Of a stretch of 40,394 nucleotides of DNA, positions 1 through 8,838 are shown piece by piece. Location of the stretch: sequence record SRR33789315_113. One strand, written 5' to 3'. Position 1 is the stretch's first letter. Every line of letters begins with the position of its first letter. The notes beneath the pieces are model-generated. The model made no database searches. It saw nothing but the letters and a program-made list of their open reading frames with translations, and was not told where the DNA came from. Position numbers and translations under genes: made by a program.

Positions 1-80
1 ATATTGATGAGCATGGAAACAAAAACGATGTAGATCCTAACTCGGTCTTGGACGTGATAGTTAATCTTTTCAAGCTTTAA
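1..80 (+). CDS. 3' end of a CDS truncated by the window edge (hypothetical)
   Basis: Open frame from nt 3 reads IDEHGNKNDVDPNSVLDVIVNLFKL with TAA at 78-80. This stop overlaps the stop of the convergent gene (shared TTAA at 77-80). Confidence 0.55.
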   Translation, partial: IDEHGNKNDVDPNSVLDVIVNLFKL

Positions 81-820
81 GCAGCTTTCTTTACTTTAGC
101 GACTACATCGCCAACTATCTCTCTTTCAAGCCAATGCTCTTGATAAGGTTGAATTAAATCCAGGTACTCGTTAGGAACTGAAGTTTTGAACATAAATAGT
201 GTATCTTTCATTCCATAGGAAGGGCTGGGTAAAGCATTCAGTGTAAACCCATCTAGAGTCCAAGGCTGATAACCCATTCTTTCACAAACCTTATCCGTTT
301 TAAGGTGAGGCATGCTGCTGGCTAGACCAAGTTTATCTCCAGAAAGTTCATTAAAAGCAAATGATATAGGTGAAACAGATGCTAACTTTAGAAATTGTAT
401 AGCCGATTTATTCTTTCTGTATTCTGGCTTTATTGTCCAACCGCTAAAATATTTAATATTATCGCCAATAATATTAGAATTTAAGAGCATGTTTGAAAGC
501 GCTCTTAAATGCTTTGTGGTATCTGCAACTTCCGAAATTGTATTTAAAAGTGAAGTGCAAGGCAGGGCAGTTTTATATCTATTAGCCACTAATAATGATG
601 TGGATCTAATTGTTGAGATGTATTCTCTCTTGTTATTGACTTCAATCCAGAGCATATAGTGATCACTGATATAATCTAGCTGATCAACGGGCAGGACATT
701 ATCATAATTATATTCATAGCCAATTTTCTTAATAGAAACTAGCTCACAAAAAAGTTCTCTTGTTCTAGAATCTTCCCAGGATTGTATTGGTGAACAAAGA
801 TGAGTATATCCGTACTTCAT
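77..820 (-). CDS. Putative GNAT-fold acyltransferase, remotely LuxI/FeeM (N-acyl amino acid synthase)-like
   Basis: 247 aa. LPVDQLDYISDHYML resembles the D-x-(F/Y)-D..H segment and FSGWTIKPEYRK resembles the SRFxVxPxYR strand of this superfamily. ATGA overlap with the upstream gene. CDS is solid; function is tentative. Confidence 0.55.
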   Translation of the reverse strand: MKYGYTHLCSPIQSWEDSRTRELFCELVSIKKIGYEYNYDNVLPVDQLDYISDHYMLWIEVNNKREYISTIRSTSLLVANRYKTALPCTSLLNTISEVADTTKHLRALSNMLLNSNIIGDNIKYFSGWTIKPEYRKNKSAIQFLKLASVSPISFAFNELSGDKLGLASSMPHLKTDKVCERMGYQPWTLDGFTLNALPSPSYGMKDTLFMFKTSVPNEYLDLIQPYQEHWLEREIVGDVVAKVKKAA

Positions 821-1977
821 GCTACAAGTTCCAGGTCATGATTTGTATCGTCAATTTCTCTCGCTGATGAATAATGTGGGGTAGCAGAAATAATGCTTCG
901 ACAAACCATCGTTTTATAAGAGATATCAAACGAAATTTTCCCGGAAAGATTAACTAAGAATTCTTTATTGAATTGATCGATTGATTTTTTGATAGATCCA
1001 AACCATCGACCTTCAACAGCCTCACATGTCCACGCTTGGTCAAGCTGTCTCTTAAGTAGTAGAGCTTTGTAGTCAAAGCTTGCATTAATAAGTTGATCAT
1101 AGGCTGTCAGTAGAAAAAATCCAGAAGGAGTCTCTCTTGCCTCGATAACCTTTTTTCCAAGAGGTCCCTCTTCAAGTCCGAGATAGCGTCCAAGTCCAAA
1201 GGCACCAACCTGTATATTTAAAACATTAATAAGATCTACTAAAGAAATATTTTTATTGTTCAATTTTGTCGGAATTCCATTTTTAATTTCAAGAACAAGA
1301 TTGATGTTTTCGCTAGGCTTAGGCTTCGTCCATAAAAACATCTCTTCATCAATAATCATGTGTTCAGGATTATCAAGATTTCCGGATTCAAATTCTCTGC
1401 AAAAGAGATTCGTATCAATACTAAATGATCTTTTTTCATCAATACTGGCACCTAATGAATTTAAATATTTTGTTTTTTCAGCCCGAGAGATATTGTCTAA
1501 CAAGTAGGGACTTCCATATTGACCATTGAATTCAAGATCAAAAATTGATGTGTTAAATCTACGCATGCTGTTTTGGCTTGGAGTAGCTGAGTGCAAAATT
1601 GTGTTAATGCCATATCTTCTTGCAATATCAACTAAATGCTTTGCTATCAAAGGCCTAGATAATGAAGCCGATAATGGGTGCTGATTTAAATAAACACCGT
1701 TGGCTCTTATTAAAGGTAAAATATAATCTCGAGCGAATTCATCTTTTGCGTCAATCGTATGGGACGTTATGTTTTGCTTAATCGAATCAGGAAGAGCAAC
1801 CGAAACCTGATCGTTTTGGCCAATATCTAAAGTCAATGTGTGAACTTTGACATTAAATTGATTAATTAACCGACATATTAGGTATGAACTATCTAATCCT
1901 CCAGAATTTAGACAGAAAACTTCAGAATCTGGTTGTAGATAACTTAAATCATTAAAGCATTTTATTAGTTTCTTCAT
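817..1977 (-). CDS. Argininosuccinate synthase-related ATP pyrophosphatase (divergent ArgG-like ligase)
   Basis: PP-loop SGGLDSS, plus DIGQ, DAKDEFARDYI, LSRPLIAKHLV, SIDTNL and ESGNLDNP, all collinear with ArgG. The ArgG HGxTGKGNDQVRF loop is replaced by HSATPSQNSMRRF. RBS AGGAG upstream. Confidence 0.85.
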   Translation of the reverse strand: MKKLIKCFNDLSYLQPDSEVFCLNSGGLDSSYLICRLINQFNVKVHTLTLDIGQNDQVSVALPDSIKQNITSHTIDAKDEFARDYILPLIRANGVYLNQHPLSASLSRPLIAKHLVDIARRYGINTILHSATPSQNSMRRFNTSIFDLEFNGQYGSPYLLDNISRAEKTKYLNSLGASIDEKRSFSIDTNLFCREFESGNLDNPEHMIIDEEMFLWTKPKPSENINLVLEIKNGIPTKLNNKNISLVDLINVLNIQVGAFGLGRYLGLEEGPLGKKVIEARETPSGFFLLTAYDQLINASFDYKALLLKRQLDQAWTCEAVEGRWFGSIKKSIDQFNKEFLVNLSGKISFDISYKTMVCRSIISATPHYSSAREIDDTNHDLELVA

Positions 1978-2106
1978 TTGAACTCCTGGCGATTAGGGAA
2001 TTCAAATCGGTGAAGAACTATTTTAAATAAGTTGTATTTTTTTAACTCTTATAATTTCAATTTTTGACGATCAATAGGTCTAAAATCACCAGGGAGTTAA
2101 AGTGAA
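1973..2106. repeat. Imperfect inverted repeat spanning both RBS/start codons of the divergent operons
   Basis: Minus strand 1994-1973 AATCGCCAGG-AGTTCAAATGAA versus plus strand 2084-2106 AATCACCAGGGAGTTAAAGTGAA: 19 of 23 aligned positions identical. Confidence 0.55.
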
Positions 2107-2884
2107 TTATGTTCTAGAATCAGAACTTGAAGCAAATAGACTTGAAAAGCAAAATAGTCTTGAACTTTATAGTGTCGTAAATGAAATGGAAAATATTCAC
2201 TTTCTTGATGATGAAAAAATAATTGATGTTGGCTGTGGGACATGTGCTGTCAGCCTAGAAGTTCTTCGTAAAAATTCAAATGTGGATTTAACAGCAGTTG
2301 ATGTGTCAGATATTAGAATTCAACAAACGAAAAACCTACTTCCTGCAATGTACAAAGATAAAATTAAGTTTAAATGTCTTGATTTAATGAATGACTCGTT
2401 ACCGGAGAATTCATTTGATGTCGTAATTAGTCGCTTTGTTCTCCATCATATTAAAGAGCCAATACAAATGCTCAAGTCAATGAAGAGAATTTTAAAACCT
2501 GGTGGAAGACTTATTATCATAGACTCAGACGGAATATTGTTAAATTATTTTTGTAATGATTCATGGCTTATGAAAACGTTAGATAGCATTCGCTTGAAGT
2601 TCAATTTAGATATGTATATTGGTAGAAAATTAAAGAGTTATTTTAACTACATTGGTTTAAATTCTATTCAAACCAAAATGATTCCAATGCACTTTAAGGA
2701 TGAAGCGTTAAAAGCAGAGATTCAACAATATCGTGAAAGATTCAACATAATGCAGGACTTCTTTGTGCAGCTTTTAGGTAGAGCTGAGGCTGAAAAATTT
2801 ATCAATTTGTACTTACATTACCTCGATAACGGTAGTGCCGAATTATTTTATAATAAATTCATAGTGATAGGTCATAAAATTTAG
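2102..2884 (+). CDS. Class I SAM-dependent methyltransferase
   Basis: Motif I IIDVGCGT, acidic VDVS, SFDVVISRFVLHH and ILKPGGRLII. GTG start with GGGAG RBS. Confidence 0.92.
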   Translation: MNYVLESELEANRLEKQNSLELYSVVNEMENIHFLDDEKIIDVGCGTCAVSLEVLRKNSNVDLTAVDVSDIRIQQTKNLLPAMYKDKIKFKCLDLMNDSLPENSFDVVISRFVLHHIKEPIQMLKSMKRILKPGGRLIIIDSDGILLNYFCNDSWLMKTLDSIRLKFNLDMYIGRKLKSYFNYIGLNSIQTKMIPMHFKDEALKAEIQQYRERFNIMQDFFVQLLGRAEAEKFINLYLHYLDNGSAELFYNKFIVIGHKI

Positions 2885-2919
2885 CTTTTTTCTGCAAAAG
2901 AATATTGCTATAAACCCCT

Positions 2920-3588
2920 ATGGCGAAAAAAGATTTGTTTTTTATTCATGGGAATGGTCAGTCTAAAAAATGTGCACCTAAAGAGTGCCTTTCAATCGAT
3001 ATGCCAGGTCACGGGCAACATAATTGGAATAGCTCACTATATAGCCTGAATTCCATCTCAGAGTTTTATATAAATTCTATACCAAAAGATGCTTTGGTTT
3101 TTGGTCATTCACTTGGCGGGCATATTGCAATCAATGTAGCGCGTGCTCGTCCAGACATATCGGTTATCTGCTTTGGAATGATACCTCTACAGTCGCCGAC
3201 ACAAATTGGAACGTTAATGCTTGTTCCGGCTGAATTTCCTCCATTTCAAAGTCCGAACAGGTCAATGAATGATATTGAAAAGTTTTCACGACTAAGCTCA
3301 TGCGGTGATAAAGATATTCAAGAACTTCTTATTAAATCGGCTAACGAACAAGATCCAAATTTTAACAGCACTCTCTTTACTACCGGTATTTCAGATTATG
3401 ATTGGAGAGAAGTTGAAAAGGCGCAAGAAATTGGTAGTAGATTTAAGTTAGTTCTTAGTCGCAATGAACTAGTATACAACTTTGAGCTAGCTTGTGAGCT
3501 TGAGTTACCAATTATAATTGATAATTATATCGGCCACAGTCCTTGGTTAATTGATTCCAGCTGGATTAAAAAGTTTATATTGAATTAA
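2920..3588 (+). CDS. Alpha/beta-fold hydrolase
   Basis: FIHG oxyanion segment, DMPGHG, nucleophile elbow GHSLGG, C-terminal GHSPW His. Confidence 0.88.
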   Translation: MAKKDLFFIHGNGQSKKCAPKECLSIDMPGHGQHNWNSSLYSLNSISEFYINSIPKDALVFGHSLGGHIAINVARARPDISVICFGMIPLQSPTQIGTLMLVPAEFPPFQSPNRSMNDIEKFSRLSSCGDKDIQELLIKSANEQDPNFNSTLFTTGISDYDWREVEKAQEIGSRFKLVLSRNELVYNFELACELELPIIIDNYIGHSPWLIDSSWIKKFILN

Positions 3589-4619
3589 AAATATCCAATT
3601 AGTCGAGCTTCACCTTTGTTATTCACTGTCATCTGTGTATTTGAAAATTCTTTAAATCCTAAATAAGTAGGAAGAATATTAAAATGCCCCTGAATGTAGA
3701 GATAAGTCTCCTTGATTGAAAAGGGAGACTCTGGATTAAAGGCGTTAATGAATACATCTGTAGGGGTGATTTTAATTTCGAACATATCTTTGTTCAGTTC
3801 TGTCAGCTCATACTTCCTATTGATATCAAACTTGTAAGTGAGGTTGGCGATAAAGTACCTAAATGCTGTTTGAAACGAGTTCTGGTTTGACAACGGTATA
3901 TTTTGCTTGAAAATACTTTTATTAATTTTGTTATACTTATTATACTCGCCCATTCTAATAAAAAAACTGTCATTTAAGTGATACATTCTTAATTTTTGAT
4001 GAAGTATTGAAAAAATTTTAATTGAAATGTTTTTGTCAGAAAAAGAGAGTGAATGTTCAGTTACTTGCAGAGCGTGTAAGAGAGAAATAGCCTTTTTTGC
4101 TCCAAGTTCTAGTTTGATATAGTCAAAACAATTTGCAAGTGTTCTCATTTTACTTCCACCGCCATCAAAAGTTGATGGAAGAAAAGAAGTTTTTAGAAAT
4201 TGAGACTTAATGATCTTTGCAAGACAAATGATATCGATGTCGTGTGTAAAAAAATGAACAGGTTGAAAATTATATTTTTTAAAGAAATATTTACAATTCT
4301 CCCAAGGTAGAGATTTTGTCGATGCTCGAAAATATGTAAACTTTCGTTTAGAAATATTGAAATGATCAGCCATCTGTTGATCATTATGCTTAAGCTGCTG
4401 TTGAAGCAAATCGACATTATTCCAAAAAAGTAGTTCTGAAGGCTGCCAATTATAAAAGAGAAGTTCATTGTCTGGTTCATATTGCGAGATAAGCATTGAA
4501 TCTAGCAATGATAGACCTCTTTGTTTTGTCTTTAAATAATGGGCTTGTGTCCTGCTTATATTAAGTAGTTCTTGAATATGCTTGAGATTGGTTTTTTCAA
4601 TAATGTTCACACTAAACAT
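3585..4619 (-). CDS. Putative one-component transcriptional regulator with tandem XRE-like HTH segments and an uncharacterised C-terminal domain
   Basis: Two HTH-like segments, IQELLNISRTQAHYLKTKQRGLSL and QQMADHFNISKRKFTYFRASTKSLPW, followed by a ~190 aa alpha/beta region. Confidence 0.5.
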   Translation of the reverse strand: MFSVNIIEKTNLKHIQELLNISRTQAHYLKTKQRGLSLLDSMLISQYEPDNELLFYNWQPSELLFWNNVDLLQQQLKHNDQQMADHFNISKRKFTYFRASTKSLPWENCKYFFKKYNFQPVHFFTHDIDIICLAKIIKSQFLKTSFLPSTFDGGGSKMRTLANCFDYIKLELGAKKAISLLHALQVTEHSLSFSDKNISIKIFSILHQKLRMYHLNDSFFIRMGEYNKYNKINKSIFKQNIPLSNQNSFQTAFRYFIANLTYKFDINRKYELTELNKDMFEIKITPTDVFINAFNPESPFSIKETYLYIQGHFNILPTYLGFKEFSNTQMTVNNKGEARLIGYF

Positions 4620-4796
4620 AAAAATAGTTTACATGTTAAAAGCTTGTTTTGCTACTAATAAGCCCTCGTTACACCATAAGTTGTTGAATATATTATCTTT
4701 AGCTTGTTCATATTTAGTTTCAACTTTTGTCTCCCCCTACCAACTACTGCCTATATTACATAAAACTAACTTAAGGATTTTTTCCACGGAGTTTAT

Positions 4797-5441
4797 GTGA
4801 AAGTTTTTATTGTGAATATTGCATCTTCCCACCCAGTTGTAGACGTTATTAGAAAATATGCATCTACCGCAGTTCTTCCTGATTGGCCGAAAGATCTCTT
4901 TAGTGTTTACAAAGAAAAATCCTTGGTTTTCGCTAAAGTTGATAGCGAGGAAATGATTATTGAAATCACTAAAGCTTGTGAAGAGAACGACCAATGGTGC
5001 TTTTTTTGGGCCGATAAAAACCTTTTACCATTTATTATCAAACATGTTTCTTCAAAGCTCGTTGACTTTGTCTCTGGTGATTATGATGAAGATGAGATTC
5101 GCTTAAGGTTCATCAGACTCCTCAAGATTAAAAAGCCAAGTGCTGTTACAAACTTCTTTGATCTTCCCAATCGTATTGCTGAAGAACTAACAAAAAACCA
5201 GTTAATGTTATTTGATGAGTTACTCAAAGCTGGAGATAGTGGAGTTAAAAAAAAAGCTCTAGCAGCGAGGATGTGGAACAACCCGACGGAGTCTTATTTA
5301 AGAAAGTCGGGCTTTAATGTTCATTTACATCATCTTAGAAAGAAAATTAAACAACATGGCTATTCAATAGTTTTTAATTCTCAATCTAATCACTACGTCT
5401 TAAAGCAGGAAGCTCCATCACAGATGGAAGCTTCTCTATAA
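4797..5441 (+). CDS. OmpR/PhoB-type winged-helix regulator with degenerate receiver-like N-terminus
   Basis: C-terminal LTKNQLMLFDELL..GVKKKALAARMW..FNVHLHHLRKKI matches the Trans_reg_C pattern. No recognisable DD/D phospho-site. GTG start with GGAG RBS. Confidence 0.75.
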   Translation: MKVFIVNIASSHPVVDVIRKYASTAVLPDWPKDLFSVYKEKSLVFAKVDSEEMIIEITKACEENDQWCFFWADKNLLPFIIKHVSSKLVDFVSGDYDEDEIRLRFIRLLKIKKPSAVTNFFDLPNRIAEELTKNQLMLFDELLKAGDSGVKKKALAARMWNNPTESYLRKSGFNVHLHHLRKKIKQHGYSIVFNSQSNHYVLKQEAPSQMEASL

Positions 5442-6128
5442 ACGATTTATTAAATCGATAAGGACTTGTGGCTCAGCTCTTTTGGTATAATCAGCATCTA
5501 CGAATGAATATAGAACTGTGCCATCCTTAGCAATGACGTATGTAGCGGCAAGTGGAAGTTCCCATTGATCATTGCCTTGCGACTTCTTCAAATCAATACC
5601 AAAGCTCTTGTAGACTTCTTTAAGATCATCACCAACTTTAAAAACAAGTCCAAAGCGGCGAGCAACTCGGTTGTCTTGATCATAAAGAAGGTCAAAGCTA
5701 ACTTTATTCGCATCAGCCGTTTCTTTTGCGTTACTTGGTTTTTCAGGTGAAATCGCAATTAGTGTCGCACCTGCTTTAACAAAGTCTTGATAGCGAGCTT
5801 CATAGGCCTTGAGTTGAAGGTTACAATACGGGCACCAACCCCCGCGATAAAAAGTAACTACGACTGGGCCTTTCTTTAGTGCATCTTTAAGACTGAATTG
5901 CCCATCTTTAAAACTTTCGAGAGTAAAATCTGGAGCTTTCTTACCCATGACGATAGCTTTCTTAAGGCCTGACTTCTTAAGATCAGCGGTCGCCTTTTCC
6001 ATTATTGTGCGAGTCGGGCTTGGTCTTTTTGCTTTTGATGCATTTCTTTTGACTGCTAGTTGACTCTCAAGGGATTCAGCATAAACAGCATTAGATAGAA
6101 ACAGGGCTAATAGTAATAATATTTTCAT
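5436..6128 (-). CDS. Exported peroxiredoxin-like redoxin (AhpC/TSA family)
   Basis: Signal peptide, GKKAPDFTL, FYRGGWCPYC motif, LPLAATYVI, DYTKRAEP. RBS AAGGAG. Confidence 0.9.
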   Translation of the reverse strand: MKILLLLALFLSNAVYAESLESQLAVKRNASKAKRPSPTRTIMEKATADLKKSGLKKAIVMGKKAPDFTLESFKDGQFSLKDALKKGPVVVTFYRGGWCPYCNLQLKAYEARYQDFVKAGATLIAISPEKPSNAKETADANKVSFDLLYDQDNRVARRFGLVFKVGDDLKEVYKSFGIDLKKSQGNDQWELPLAATYVIAKDGTVLYSFVDADYTKRAEPQVLIDLINRL

Positions 6129-6170
6129 TAAAAACTCCTTTAAGTTTTAGTGAGGCTAAAATGAAAAAAA

Positions 6171-8828
6171 TTACTTAAAATTAGCTAAACTCTTTAATAA
6201 AGAATCTTCTTTTTCTTTTAATTCAGCTGCTTCCACTTTAACTTTCTCTACAATCTCAGGTTTTGCGTTATCTATAAACTGCGGGTTTGTGATTTTCTTG
6301 TTAAGTTTTGCGATTTCAGCCTGAGTTTTTGCCAAGTCCTTATTCAGTCTTTGGATCTGATCATTAATATCAATTAGACCTTCTAGAGGAATAAAGAGTT
6401 CACAGTAAGTTAGGGCTGCCACTGCAGATTTGTCAGGTCTAGCTTGATCTTTTGATTTAATGACCAAGCTGTTTAGGCGGGCCATATCTTTTAATCCACC
6501 TTCATGTTCTTTTAGGTAGCTTATAAGTTCAGCTTCATCAGTATAAACCTCTAGGGCTACTTCATCCTTAGGTTTAATGCCGACACTTTGGCGAACACCG
6601 CGAATGGCGCTGACAATTTCAACAAACTTATTCATGCTCTCTTGATCTTTAGTAAAACGCAATTCTTCTTTTTCTTCTGGGTAGTCTTTAATAATGAGGA
6701 GGTCTTCATCCTTAGACTTTAAATGCTCCCAAAGTTCTTCCGTAATAAACGGTGTAATTGGGTGAAGAAGAGCAACGATTTCTTTGAAGGCGAAACGTAA
6801 GACAGCAGCACGTGAGGCTTTTGTTTCTTCGTTATCGCCGTATAGAATTGGTTTAGAAAGTTCAATAAACCATGAGCAGAACTTCTCATAAACAAAATGA
6901 TAGATTGCCTGACATGATTCATCGAAACGATATTCATCTAGGCTTGAATTCATCTGTCCAGCAACAGTGTTAAGCTCAGCCAGAATCCAACGCTCATGAT
7001 GATCCAGCTTTGAGAAATCTTTTGGCAATTCGCCGGCATCTTGAAGGAATGGGTAGGTGAATCTAAAAGCGTTCCATAGTTTATTAACGAAAGCCTTATA
7101 ACCATTAATTCGTTCAGGATCTAAATTAAGTGTACGGTTGTAACCAGAGCCAGCGGCTAGAGTGAATCTAAAGGCGTCAGCACCATATTCTGCTGCGGTT
7201 TCAAGTGGATCGATACCGTTACCAAGCGATTTAGACATCTTTCGACCAAACTTATCTCTAACGATCGCGTGGATATAGACATGCTTGAATGGACGCTGAT
7301 CTAGGACTTTATGAGACATCATCATCATTCGGGCAACCCAGAAGAAAATAATATCAAAACCAGTAACGAGAACTGACGTTGGAAAAAAAGTATCAAACTT
7401 CTTTTCTTTCATGCGTTCAGGATTTGGCCAACCTAGTGTTGAAAATGGCCAAAGGGCAGATGAGAACCATGTATCAAGAACATCTGGATCTTGTTTAATA
7501 TCTTTATCTGAACATTTCGCACATTCAGTAGGATCTTCTTCACTGGCCCACTGGTGATTACATTTATTGCAATAGAAAACAGGAATCTGATGTCCCCACC
7601 AAAGTTGTCTTGATACGCACCAGTCTTTAGGTTCTCGAAGCCATGAGAAATATGTATTCTCCCATTGTTTTGGATAAAAGACGGTATCGTCTTTTTCAAC
7701 CGCTTCTACGGCAACACGAGACATCTCTTTAACATTAACGAACCACTGCTTTGAAACTAGAGGTTCAATGATTGCGCCCGATCTTTCGCCGTGACCAACT
7801 TGATGAGTATGTTTTTTAACTTCTTTAAGCTGTCCGATCTCTTCTAGCTTTTCGACAATGAGCTTTCTAGCTTTTGGTGGCATCATGCCTTTATACTCAA
7901 GACCGATCTCATTGAGGGATCCATCTTTATTTAGCATGTTAATTATTGGCAGATTGTGACGACGGCCAATTTCAAAGTCATTGAAGTCGTGACCAGGAGT
8001 GACCTTCAAACAACCAGTTCCTTTATCAATCGAAACATAATCATCAGCAATGATTGGAACTTCGCGATTACAAAATGGAACGATAGCGGTCTTTCCAATA
8101 TATTTTTGAAAGCGTTCATCGTCCGGGTGAACACAAACAGCGGTATCGGCTAGAAGTGTTTCAGGGCGAGTCGTCGCAATCTCAAGAGTTTCGCCGCTAT
8201 CTTTGATTTTGTATAAGATATGATAGAAAGCGCCGTTAACTTCTTTATGATCAACTTCTGCATCTGAAATGGCTGACTGAAGGACTGGGTCCCAGTTAAT
8301 AATATAGTCTGATTGATAGATGAGACCTTCGTTATAAAGATTTACAAAAACCTTTCTAACGGCTTCGTTGGCCTCAGGGTCCATGGTAAACATGGAGTAA
8401 TCCCAGTCTGGACTTGCTCCCATCACTCGCTGTTGGCTAGCAATAATGCCACCGTATTCTTCCTTCCATTGCCACGTCTTTTTAATAAAAGCTTCGCGAC
8501 CATAATCATGGCGAGTTTTCTTTTCAGTCTCCATAATCATTTTTTCAACAACGTTTTGTGTGGCAATACCGGCGTGATCCATTCCTGGTAAAAAGAGTGT
8601 TTCATATCCTTTCATACGCTTATAACGAATAAGCGCATCTTGAGTTGTAATATCTAGAGCATGACCTGCATGAAGGCGACCAGTAACGTTAGGCGGAGGC
8701 ATGATGATGCAATAGCCTTCATTCTTCGTACCTTTTCTTGGTTTAAAGTAACCACCTTTTTCCCAAGTGTCGTACCACTTTTTCTCAGCGATAGTTGGTT
8801 CATAAGTTTTAGGTAATTCTTGAGTCAT
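6171..8828 (-). CDS. valS: Valine--tRNA ligase
   Basis: PPPNVTGRLHAGH (HIGH), DHAGIATQ, ATTRPET, DWCVSRQLWWGH, KMSKS and C-terminal coiled coil. Start moved to ATG 8828 behind AAGGA. Confidence 0.98.
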   Translation of the reverse strand: MTQELPKTYEPTIAEKKWYDTWEKGGYFKPRKGTKNEGYCIIMPPPNVTGRLHAGHALDITTQDALIRYKRMKGYETLFLPGMDHAGIATQNVVEKMIMETEKKTRHDYGREAFIKKTWQWKEEYGGIIASQQRVMGASPDWDYSMFTMDPEANEAVRKVFVNLYNEGLIYQSDYIINWDPVLQSAISDAEVDHKEVNGAFYHILYKIKDSGETLEIATTRPETLLADTAVCVHPDDERFQKYIGKTAIVPFCNREVPIIADDYVSIDKGTGCLKVTPGHDFNDFEIGRRHNLPIINMLNKDGSLNEIGLEYKGMMPPKARKLIVEKLEEIGQLKEVKKHTHQVGHGERSGAIIEPLVSKQWFVNVKEMSRVAVEAVEKDDTVFYPKQWENTYFSWLREPKDWCVSRQLWWGHQIPVFYCNKCNHQWASEEDPTECAKCSDKDIKQDPDVLDTWFSSALWPFSTLGWPNPERMKEKKFDTFFPTSVLVTGFDIIFFWVARMMMMSHKVLDQRPFKHVYIHAIVRDKFGRKMSKSLGNGIDPLETAAEYGADAFRFTLAAGSGYNRTLNLDPERINGYKAFVNKLWNAFRFTYPFLQDAGELPKDFSKLDHHERWILAELNTVAGQMNSSLDEYRFDESCQAIYHFVYEKFCSWFIELSKPILYGDNEETKASRAAVLRFAFKEIVALLHPITPFITEELWEHLKSKDEDLLIIKDYPEEKEELRFTKDQESMNKFVEIVSAIRGVRQSVGIKPKDEVALEVYTDEAELISYLKEHEGGLKDMARLNSLVIKSKDQARPDKSAVAALTYCELFIPLEGLIDINDQIQRLNKDLAKTQAEIAKLNKKITNPQFIDNAKPEIVEKVKVEAAELKEKEDSLLKSLANFK

Positions 8829-8838
8829 ACTAGTATCC

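Noticed and set aside
817-1977. Calling this gene argG
   Set aside because: Substrate-binding motifs are altered and there is no arginine-pathway context, so no symbol was given.
4677-4689. IHF-like site TAAGTTGTTGAAT (similar TAAGTACCTGATT near 32365)
   Set aside because: Degenerate consensus with a mismatch; expected by chance in AT-rich intergenic DNA.
5247-5255. A9 homopolymer in the regulator gene as a phase-variation tract
   Set aside because: It is three in-frame Lys codons in an AT-rich genome and the frame is intact.
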